Origin: Lama glama
Lineage: Eukaryota
Assembly: GCA_028534125.1 (NCBI GenBank)
Contig: CM052816.1
Coordinates: 26,228,001 to 26,292,000, forward strand
Length of the DNA: 64,000 nucleotides
Direction of reading: 5' to 3'
Shown here: piece by piece, positions 50,151-61,112 of the stretch
Numbering within the stretch: the first letter of the stretch is position 1
Layout of the letters: every line of letters begins with the position of its first letter
Position numbers and translations under genes: made by a program
The notes under the pieces: model-generated
Seen by the model: the letters and a program-made list of their open reading frames with translations, nothing else
The model's database searches: none
Told to the model about the DNA's origin: nothing

Positions 50151-53118
50151 CACCTTTTTTTTTGAAGCAAAGATAACAATGCAACTTTCCCATCTTTACA
50201 CAGGAAATGCTACTTCTCAAGTTAACTGCAGTAGCCCAGTGCAATAAAGAATTCATAACAATAGCTGTGGTGCTGAACATTACCCTTCTAATCATAGATT
50301 TTATTGGAAGCCATATACCTTTTAGAGTCGGCATTTCATTTGCCTCCTTTGCCTTGTAGAAAGCCTGCCACTGTGACAACGAGTAGGAGTAAAGCTAGCG
50401 GTCTTTTCCAAATTCTTTCTTAGACGCAGAGCAAGAAAGAAAGAGAGAAAAATCACACCGATGTTTCTAGCCATTTGTGTTAAAATACAAAGCAAACAAA
50501 ACAAGGCACATTCAAAAATGGTGTGCTGGGCAGCCTCCATTAATATTTATCTTGGCATTAATATTGATAAGGAAGTACTTTGTAGCTGGGCTCTGTTGCC
50601 TCCCCCAGTGTCCTCCAGCTCTGTGTTCTCCGCCCTGGTGGCCATTAGCTCCCTCTCCCTCTGTACCCAGAGCTTCCGAGAGGCTTGGCAGGCCTCCAGC
50701 TCACTTATGCTTAAATGGACACTCAGGCTCCCACGGACACACAGCTAAATAGAGGCCAATAATTCAATACAGTATGACTGTACTGGGGCTGCTAGTAAAT
50801 CCATCAAGCAGTAAATATCATCTGAAGCCAATGCAAGCTTTTATCTTTCCAATTTTTTTGTATGTCTGAGCGAAGCCCAGGCATTCAGCGAATCATGTAA
50901 TTTATTCTGCGGTGCTGAGTCTGGGCTGTCTCAGGCATCATATTGACTTTTTTTTTTCCATCTGTCAGGGGCAGTCAGCGGCTCTGCTGTTGTGGGAGCG
51001 CATCGCATTACATCTCTTTATTTATTTATTTCTGCTGAGGCTTTGTAGAATGATTGGGCAAGAACGCATTATCTCAGATCAACGAATACTAAGAAAAGCA
51101 TCTGAACATCATTACGACAGCATGTTAAACATTTGTCCTACCCAGTTTGTTAAATCAGCAAATGTATTTCCAGCAAATGCTGGTAATTGTTCATAAAGGG
51201 CTCCCTACTGCAGGGTTTTATTAAGCTGAAAATATGGCCTGTTATTTTCTTCAGCTCTTTAGGTCAGTGGTGATGCCTATATATTGTAAATAGTGCTGAA
51301 CAGCTGCTGTATCATCTTGTTCTGGTGTCTCTGTGTCTGCACACAGACACACACCTCCTCGCTCTATCTCTGAACGTTGTACACATATTTTGTGCACATG
51401 TGTATGTCCATATGATATAAAGTACTGTGTATCTACTTAGCAAAGTTAATAACATGATTAGGTTAATAATCAGGTTATGGTATCCAATGGTTAGAAAATA
51501 TCTTGCCTTCCAGTCAGTCAAAATTTAGACTGGGAGCAAATGGATTTGGGTTACTCTTGCTGTACTACTGAAAACTTCAAAAGTATGAACCCTACATTTG
51601 AATGTTATTTTGAGCTCTCTCAGTCTTCCTTCTGTGTAACCTACAAACTGAACAGAGAAGCGGGAGGAAGACGACTGTCCCCAGAGTCCTTCACAGTGGG
51701 ATCTGAGACTGCTAAGGGCAGACATACCCAGTGGTGCATAGCATGGCTGGATGATGAGACCCTAAGTTCAGCCTGCTTCCCCGCTAAGGCATCCCCCTAA
51801 ATCCCCAGCCCTTCCTCTAAAGCTGATTATTCTGCTTCTGAGACTCAGCTGGACTCTCAGTTAATTCAGTTTGGATTTGATTAGTGTCTGACTCTGGGAG
51901 CGCACATCAGAGAAAAGTATTTTGAAAGTAAGTGTCTTGATCTTCTTTAAGTAAATAAACATGGATTATAAATGTACTTCCTAGAAGCATCAATGCAGAA
52001 TGCACAAATGGAGCAGTGCCTTAGAATCAGCCATGGTGTTTGCCCAACTTCTCCTTAAAAATGTTTTTTAAAAAGAGATCAGACCTTTTTATATGCCTAT
52101 AAGTGAGGCGATTCATTTTTATAAAAGAGGAAGAATCAACATAGTTTTGAGAACCTGGTTCCTCCATATGTATGATTAGATTTTTAAAACATAACGTCCC
52201 ATTCCTTTGGAAGGCTTTGTGCTCTTTGAAAAAAATGTGTTGGTTGTACTTGAAAGAAAATATCTCCCCCTGGACTGATGGTGAAAAACGACTTTGTGTT
52301 TCAAACTGCGTTATTAGTGTCACTACCTCAGAAAATATCAAATTGGTTTCTCCTGCCACATCTGACCAGGAGAATCTAGGTAAATGTGAGTCTCGTTCTG
52401 AGACTGGATAAAGTCTTTGCTCACACTCTTGGCTGTACAGTTAGCTACATCCTTCTCTTGTACATGACAGAGAGCGTCAATGCATATGTTTACTTCGACT
52501 TCATTAACCTCCAGTTAGAAAGTCCTGCACAGTACTTGCTGCTCTAAGTATTCCAAAGAGCAGCCACACTGTCTTTCTAAAGAAACACATTAAAAGGCAA
52601 CTCACTGAGCCATTTTCTAACACCTGAGAGCAATTAACGTAAGCAGAGACAGGAAACATCATCAATTATTTAAAATAAAATGAATATGTAATGCTGACCT
52701 TCTCCAACTGACATCAGTTTTATACTTACACCTGAATAAACTCAAGGGAACACAAAACCCACAAGGCACTACACACTGCAGTTTGCAGTAAGGCCGGCGG
52801 TGGTCACAGGGAGAGCTGCCTGGCCGGCTGCATTCAGCACAGAGAGGGCGGTGTGGGAGTCCAGGGCACCTGATGAGGGTGGGTGGGCCTCTGGCTCCAT
52901 GAATGCCTCGTGGGCACCCGGGACTAGCAGCTTCATGTACAAGCTCTCTAGCTTTACAGTTTCTTTATTTTATATTCCCACCATCTTAAGGGGAGGGCTA
53001 ATATTTCTGTTATTACATAGTTCTGAATATATGTGTGTCTATACATATATATATATATATATTCTATTATTTTTATTTGCTCACATGAGGTCATTAGTCT
53101 TTTTCTTTTCTTCTACAG

Positions 53119-53150
53119 TTAGCCTCTGTCTTGGAGGAAAATAAGAAGTG
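53119..53150 (+). other. Candidate 32-nt internal exon (LASVLEENKK + TG)
   Basis: Strong acceptor 'ttttcttttcttctacag' and donor 'GTG|gtaaat'; open in phase 0. Confidence 0.3.
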
Positions 53151-55789
53151 GTAAATATGGGCTATGCTTGTTTGGGAAGCCCAGAGAGATGTGTTTATAG
53201 AGCTGCAATATCAAGTTGCTGGAACTAAATGAATCATCTGCTTTCTGAACAGAGAGTCCTTCTTAAATAGAAGAACCTAGACATTCTCTAAGAGCAGTGT
53301 CACTGCCGGGGGATGGCGGAGGGTACATGGGGGAACGTGGAGTTTATTACCTAATGTAATTGCTGTGCGTGACATAAGGCATGAGCCAGGATTTGGCACA
53401 GAGATGGTTGGAGATTTTCAGAGCAAAACATATTAGACACAAAGTACAAAAAGTTCTTTCTGACTATTCAGGCTAAACAAGGCTTAAAGTGCTGGTGTCT
53501 GTTTTTTTCCCTGACCTGTGTTAGTGATTGCCATAAAACTCACAGAGGGCCTCGTGCAGAATGAGCCAAGCTTCCAACTTGGGCAATCCTCTTAAGATCC
53601 TTTTACAGATATTCTGAGACTTGGGCTAATAGTTCTTGGTTGCAAGTCTCGGGCATGACTAAAAAGGCAAAGTTGATTATTAGTTTCTGGGACCAGATTT
53701 ATCAGCTGCTCCTTGGGCTATTATTAAGAATCTGCCTTTCTGTTATAAAGCCTTAATTTGCTTTTTTAAAGGAAGTTGTCTATTCACAGTGGCACAGAGC
53801 CCAATCACAAACAGGTTTCATTTGAGAAGCTTAAAAAAAGACAAGGGGATTGTTTGTGAAGGCTAATTACAGATAAACAGCAATACAGTTTTTATGCTGT
53901 CTTCATAATCCTATGGCCAAAAAAGGCTTTGTTCCTTTTAACATGACATTACACATCTTAAACTTTAATGTGAATAAATGGCTTTAGGGGGAGAGCTTAC
54001 AGGAAGAATCCTTTTTCCACTGCATTCTTCATCACTACCATATCAGATTTTCTCTCTCATGCAGAGAGAGGATGCTGGGTTTTAGAAATCCATGCTAAGA
54101 AGCAGAGCTGGGATAGTGTAAACAAAATTCACAGACAGCACAACACAGTCTTTTCACCCAGATATTCTTGATCAGTTAGCCATCTATACAGCCAAGGAAA
54201 AGGGGCCTTGATCACTGCTGTGTTTTGAATTCCCACAGCCATAGGTGGGAGCACAGCTTCAGGGTAAGCGGTAGACTCTCGAATGTCATAAATCCACTTA
54301 TTTCAGTGACATACACATGGTAGTATTCATATCTGGGCTTGTATACTTAAAGAACACAGAAAATCAAAACTAGGTTATTACAGTTGGAGAATAAAAAGTA
54401 GAAAAGGAATTGTGGTTAAATATGTTAGAAACAAAGTATTATAAAGTTTGTGATTCTGGGAAATTGTTTATTCAGGATTAACAACCAGAAAGCTATAACC
54501 CTATCCAGAAGCCAGGATTTAATATAGAATTCTCTCCTAGATTCTGTGTCACTCAGAGCCACTAAGCCCAGAAATCAGTAGAAAGAGGGACATTTCCCCG
54601 GTTAGGGAATCTGAGTCAGAATTTGAAGGGACATGTTAAATGAAAACTCAGCTTTTTAACTGCTATCATTGCAGAAATCTCTGCCGAAACCATTACTTAA
54701 AAGCATAGTCCCTGAGACTGTGGCCTTGAGTCAATTTAGAGCTACTGCCCATGGAGAGACTGAGTATTCTTTATGATCAAAGTCTTGCCAATGCAGAGCC
54801 TTTACGTGGAAGGCAGATGGTATGGGCAGAATCCGATGAATGGATGAAGGCAGGATGAGGGTAGTGTGGGACAGACAGAGATATTTCCCTTAGTCATAGC
54901 AGGGAAGAGTCTTTGACCTAATGAGAACTTGTTACCAAAAATCTCTTGCCCACCAGAGAAGAAGCTTAGCTTGATCTTAATTTCAGGAGGAATAGGACTG
55001 GACAGTGGGGAGATGGGGTGGAGGGCTCTCAGTGTCAGGGACCAGCATCATTTTCTTGACACGTAGGAAAGGGCCAGCATGGAAAAAGACACTATTCTCT
55101 ATACTGCCTTTAGATTTGAGCTTTCAGCCATGTATTTCATGCTGCTTCATATAATATTTTCTTCAACACAGTCTTAACATCACATCTGTGTATTTGTATT
55201 TTGCCTTTGTTTTTGAAAAAATACTGTTACATTTAGAAAAGGTGTTCCAACCCGTCCAACTATACTTCTGTCCAAGGAGTTATACCCTTGAAAAATGTCA
55301 TGGTTGGCTAAATCACCTTGACAAGATAAGGTCTCTTAGTCAGTTAGGAGATTAAGGGAAAAACAAAAACATGTAAAGCTCCTGGAAGACATCCAGTTCC
55401 TAAAACAAGCAGCTTTAGAGCTCTGTGACTCTTCTTTGCTTCTCCTTTCTCCGGCTGTTCAGGAACTGTGGCTGTGGCGCTGTTGTTCTCTCAGTAATCC
55501 TTGAAGTGTTCTATTTTATGCCCGCCAAGCCACCCCTTAATGTGTTTGCAAATATGATGGCAAATTGCACCTTAAACATTTTTGGTATGAAAAATAAAGC
55601 TCCATTATCTCAAAAGCCACAACTGACAGCATTTTAGTGGGTGGAAGATTACTATATACTAAATACTGTTTGTAGTTGTGGTACGTACGGTGGTATATGA
55701 TCTTCATGCTTGTATTAACTATCTGTTAAACTGATAACAGTTAGCTGTCGTTTCAGGGTGTAATCTAATCATTCTCAATTAATGATGCT

Positions 55790-56320
55790 GTCTATGTATA
55801 AAGTTCTGAGTTGAAGAATTTTAGGTATTGCTTTAGATTGTAAGCTCCATCCCTGTATAGAAGTATTCCCAAGGAGTGGAGAGCATGCGTAGAAAGAATG
55901 TGAAAGTGGGTAGTGCGGTGTATTGGAAGGACTGAAAGGAAGCCATGTGGGATAGAGGGTCTTAAACAGACTGAGGACAGAGCCTTGAGCAATTGGCAAT
56001 GTTGAAATTTTGCAAAGCCCACACCAGACTTAATACCAGTGGGAAACTATTGAAAGGATTTCAAGCCTAGGCTGGAAAGAAGGCACCCATGTTGATAGGA
56101 GTTCATCATGGATTGAATACGGGGATGAAGGAGAGAGAGAGATCTCAGGGAAATCTCAGATTTCTGCTTGATTGGCTCTGTGTGTGGTGTCTTTATGTGA
56201 TACAATAGAAAACTGGAAGCAGGATCAAAGAAAGATCCTGCCTTTGGTTTTGGATGTGATAGATAGCTTTGGAGTATCCAAGCAGAGATGCCGGGGGAGT
56301 AGTTTGAAAATTCTAAATAA
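55790..56320 (-). mobile_element. L2 LINE fragment
   Basis: 'attgctttagattgtaagctcca' and 'gattgaatacgggg...tctcagatttctgcttg...tttggttttggatgtg'. Confidence 0.55.
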
Positions 56321-56543
56321 AGCCTATCAATCCCCATAACACACAGAGTGACACGTCATGTACCCTGCCAGGCTGATTAAAAAATTCACCAAAAGACAAA
56401 AACCTTAATATTTGACCAATAGTTTGGGTGCTTTCAAATTCATATCAGGTCCTCTTTCAAATAGCTCTTTTGAACTTTGTTAATATATAGGTCTGTCCTT
56501 TCCCTCCCTGCTGAATTTGATCATACTCCTCAACTTGAGTATC

Positions 56544-56704
56544 ATATGTCCATGAATGACTGAAAAATTGTGCTGAACACTGGAATTTGACACAACATTG
56601 TAAAATGATTACAAATCAATAAAAAATGTTAAAAAAAAATAAAAATACACAATATACATGGAAAAAATAGAAACAAAAACAAAAACAAACAAACAAAAAA
56701 AAAA
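56544..56704 (+). mobile_element. Very short 3' end of the same young L1 family as 6980-8231, with composite A tail
   Basis: 56544-56632 is the near-exact reverse complement of ~6984-7072. Confidence 0.9.
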
Positions 56705-58079
56705 CCTGTCTTCCCTTGCTTACCTCAAACATTTTTCAGAGAGTATTGATTTTACCTGATAAAAAGAGAGCCTGTCATTTTGAAGAAACTGAAGTGTGAT
56801 AGTCATAGGACTTTTCGCTGGTGAAGATCTCTCTTTATTAAATTTAGATTTAAATGCTAAGTCTCACCTTATTTTTGCACAATAAACAAATTAGGTCTGA
56901 AGCTCAAAAGAGACATAAAATTTTAATCTATGTATAGATGTGGCTATGGATGAAATTGCATAAGAAAATAGACTAGCCTATTAAGAAGGATGCTCCTCTT
57001 AGTTTTCTACCAACAACTTTTAACCCGTACTGTTTAAACATGCCGGTCATTGCATATCGATTAGACATAATATTTTATTCTAGTTATTGGCACCACTTGA
57101 TGCTAGTTTAATGGCCTTCAGTGGGGAAGAGGAAGTATACAGATGCCACAGCCACCACTGAATCTTTTTAAATGAGGGGTTTACGCTAGTATCCGCAAGA
57201 GTCTTAATTTCATACAATATGACAACTGCTAACAAATTTTAAGAATTGACTGCTAAAATTCTCTCTTTTCCTCTCTGCTGAAACCTTTTTAAAATAGAAA
57301 CATAGAGCATGGATAATCTGAAAATTAGATAATCCATTACAGGGTAATCAAGAGGTGACTGTATAAGCAAATATTAAGGATTTTATACATCATTACCCAT
57401 CAAAACTCTTACTCTTTGAGCTTTTCAATATATGCACTCTCTTCTGTACACATACTCACAGGAAGTTGAAGGCTCCCATGAGAAGCCATAAACTACTTTT
57501 TGCAGAAGCAAACAGAGAAAGCCTCATTGGTCACAGGGAGCTGGTTCTTTATGAGTGGAGGCTAAAGGCATCAAAAGAACCATTGCTGTAAAGAGTAGTG
57601 ATCACCTCTGCCTAAAGTAAACCAAGTTTACGATACATTTATTATTGGGCCTGGATTGTAGAATTGGGTTTACTGAAAACTGTGAGTTAGATCCTTTCAC
57701 ACTATTTCTGTACTTGTATTTTCATCTGTCAAATAATGGATTTATTTGAAAGACCTCTAAAGACCCTTTCAATCTGTATATTCTCCAAATACTCAAATAT
57801 GGAGGGTACTTGGAACACTCGATAGACCAGCTGATACTGTGGACCAGCCTACCTGTCCTCCTGCACCCTCATGTCTAATCGCCTTTCTGCTTAAACATTT
57901 CCATAGCCGGTAGCTGAATTGGCCTGTTATATCCCTAACTAACCATGTTCGCAGTCTTTTTGGTTGATGTTAATTTCCATCTTAGAAGATGAATAGGATG
58001 AATGGCCAAGTTAGCCATAGTCACTGTTGTTCTGATTACTTGACCTAGCCCAGAATCATCTTTTTTATTCTTCTTTCTA

Positions 58080-58640
58080 GCCTCATTCTTTCCATACTGC
58101 CTCAGTTATTTTTCTAACCCAAATATTACTACTGTACTCAAAACCTTTAATTAGCATTTCAACTTGGGAAAAGAAAAGGAAAACCTCCTTAGCCTGCTGT
58201 TCTAGGCCTTTCACTGTCAAATTCCAAAGTACTTTGAAAGTTTCTGACACCCTTGACCTTAGGAACCCTTGTGGACAGACTATCACGATTCCCAGAAAAA
58301 GGCTCTTAGCTGTGTGTTTTGTCAGCCCCACTTGGAGTGTTCTTCTGCTTGTGTCCTACAAGCAAAACTGCTTATTCTTGCAGGTTCTCCTCAAACGTTG
58401 CCTCCTCTGTGAGCTTTTCCTTACTCACCCTGAAGAATTATTTTCCCTGTCTGCCAGTGGCTATCACTTACTTCACATGTTCATCCCTCTTGTCCATTGG
58501 TTGTCACATTCTCAGATGTCTTATATTTTATAGTGCTGTGACTGTCTCTTCTGGTGGAAAATGAGCTCTTTGGAGACAGGATTGATGTCTTATTCATCTT
58601 GAACCTTCAGCACCTAAAACAGGGCTCACTAAAAGCAAAT
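58080..58640 (+). mobile_element. L2 LINE fragment
   Basis: 'tgagctctttggagacaggattgatgtcttattcatc...cagcacctaaaacagggc'. Confidence 0.6.
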
Positions 58641-58829
58641 GTATTAAATTAGTTCAGGCTCCTAAAAGAGCACTTGAAGATAGGGCTGGAGTTTGAGTCT
58701 CATTTATGGTAGAACTGGACAGTGAATCTTTCTTGGGGTTTTCACTGACTGTTATTTTGGGGAAGTTATTTGTTGCTAAAGCTTGGTTTTATCATCTAGA
58801 AAATGATCTCAAGATAGTGATTGTTGCTG

Positions 58830-59160
58830 TTCACTGATTTCCTTATTCTCCTCTAATTCTGTGAGTATGATTGCATTTATTAGCTCTTGTATAGTTAAGG
58901 GGAATCATGTGACTCATTCTGGATAATAATTTGTGAAAGGAAGGGGTATGTATTGTTTCCCATGCACGCATTTAATTCCTCGTGAAAAACTGAAAGCTTT
59001 CTCTTCCTTCTGTCAGAGCAACTGGGAGCATTCACGATGGTGGCTGCTTCGTCAGTCTAGGACCCTGAGTAACTAAGATAAAAACTACTCTCTGTGATCC
59101 ACAGTGCACAAGCAGCAGGAGCAAGAAATAAATTTCTGCTTTTTTTAAACCACAGAAATC
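58830..59160 (+). mobile_element. Old MLT1-type LTR relic
   Basis: 'agttaaggggaatcatgtgactcattctgg', 'gatggtggctgcttcgtcagtctagg', 'gagcaagaaataaatttctg'. Confidence 0.55.
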
Positions 59161-59789
59161 GAGTGCATGGGGAATCAGCCTGGTAGAGATCCCTTAGTTA
59201 AGGAATGGTCCCCTTCTCCCATATCATCCTGAGCAGCTCCTGCCATGAGACTCACAGTGTGGGAAGGATACATGCATGGGTACATGTTCTTGGTTGGCTT
59301 TTCTCCATGGTTTTCCTGGACCATCTGTAGCTACATCATCTGGGAAGGTTATCAAAAATCCAGATTCCAGGGCTCCAACCCGTTCTAATAAATCAAATTC
59401 TTAGAAAGTCTGGCCAGAGAATCTGTATTTTCAGTAAGCCCTCTCAGTGCTATTATGGATTTCATGAGGAACCATGTATCTCTCTGGCTGCTTTGAATTA
59501 AATGAAAATATCAGCTCCTGGAGGGGAAGGGCCTTCTTTATCTTGTTCACGTCCTATTCCAGCATCCAGCACAGGGCTTGGCATGTGGTTGCTAGGTAAT
59601 TAATACATATTCATTGAATATAGGTGGAAAGAAGATCATAATTCCTGCCCCACCTATCTCAGGGGCATTCTGTGAGGGTAAAATGACATAATGAGTGTGA
59701 AATTGCTTTGTGTGCAGGAAAGGAATACTCCATCACACCAAACTAGACAGTAACTATCCCTTTAACAGCATTTACATTTAAACCCATAA

Positions 59790-59965
59790 TGGCTGACCTA
59801 CAGCTGAGACTCACCGGGAGGGCTTGTTGAAACCCAGAATTCTGGGCACCATCTACAGAGTTTCTGAGTCAGTAGGTTTGGGATTGGGCCTGAGAATCTA
59901 CATTTTAAGCAAGTTCCAGGTGTTCCTAATAGTCTTGCTCTGGGCCATGGTTGAAAGCTGTTACA
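59790..59965. mobile_element. MER5A-like hAT-Charlie element (a second relic at ~59320-59475)
   Basis: 'cagagtttctgagtcagtaggtttgggattgggcctgagaatctacattttaagcaagttccaggtg'. Confidence 0.75.
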
Positions 59966-60986
59966 CTGGAGCTACATATAGATCCAGAAATGTTGACTCC
60001 AGGGCTCTGTTATTGATATTTTCTTCTATTTTACTACCATTCTTGCATTTATGAACATACTCATTTTTTATGATATTCCTTTCTTAATTTATTTTTGATT
60101 ATAGATTATGAATATATGGAGAGCCTGGAAAGTCAGTGCCAACCACAGTTAGACACTTCTCATTACTATTTTAGAGTTAAAAAATGGATTTCTTTCCTCA
60201 TGGAATCCTTACAGGTGAACTATTTTGAAAGATTTTTAAAATTTTATTTTTGGAAGTTGAAAGGAAGAATCATCACTGGGAAGAAATTTCTAATCAGAAT
60301 TTTTAGCTATATTTGTTATACCTGATCTGCCAGGTGCATCTATCCTGTCATAAGATGCCTTCAGCTTAGGTGTGTTTCGTTCCCTTTATTTCCTCTCTGT
60401 GTGCTAAGCATGGGAATGTTCTGTGTTCTGTGAGTTTGAGGAGACATTAATAGTGTGGAGCTATTTTTATAAAATTTGGAAATTCTCCTTGAATCCTAAA
60501 CCCTGAAATAGTTAAAGCAGGATTTGTTTCATGTTTTCTCTTTTCCTAAGTGAAACAAATAAAGCGCTATTAAATGAATGATTTACATGTTGACAAAATG
60601 AATACACAGCTGGAGACAAAAATCCAAGATGACTCTTCCAAATTTAGTACTTATTAGTGGGCCTTTGTTTCTCACAAATGTCAGTGAACTTATGTTAGAT
60701 TCCACTTCCAGTTCCAAATAGAGGCTCTGGTCTTCTTTCCAGTGACTGTCAAAGAGACTTCAGTGTCTGTACGAGTTATATCTGTCTCCTAATACATCCA
60801 CGTTAGATCTGACCTTTATTGTTTGTAAGTTATAATGAGTGTATGCACACTTCAGATCGAATTTCTGTTGCTCTATTTAATGAAATCAAATTGTGCTAAA
60901 ATATCAAACACATCATTTTACCCCCCTGCCCCCTAAAAAACCCCTAAGGACAGTTATTTTCTTTAATGCTTTCCAACAGTATACTG

Positions 60987-61112
60987 TTACTCAGTATTGG
61001 ACAGCAACCTTCTGAAATAGAAGCTATTCTGCTCTTGTGTCCTGAGCCATTACTCACTAATGGACAGCAACCCTCAAATATAGAAGCCATTCCAATCTTC
61101 TGCCCTCACACT
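60987..61112 (+). repeat. Diverged 63-bp tandem duplication inside a candidate terminal exon (60980-61169)
   Basis: Units 60987-61049 and 61050-61112; 47/63 identical, no indels; LLSIGQQPSEIEAILLLCPEP / LLTNGQQPSNIEAIPIFCPHT. Confidence 0.85.

Noticed and set aside
50912..51196. 94-aa ORF with internal acceptor at ~50968
   Set aside because: No recognisable homology; its only plausible donor gives phase 1, incompatible with the 53119 exon; more likely non-coding.
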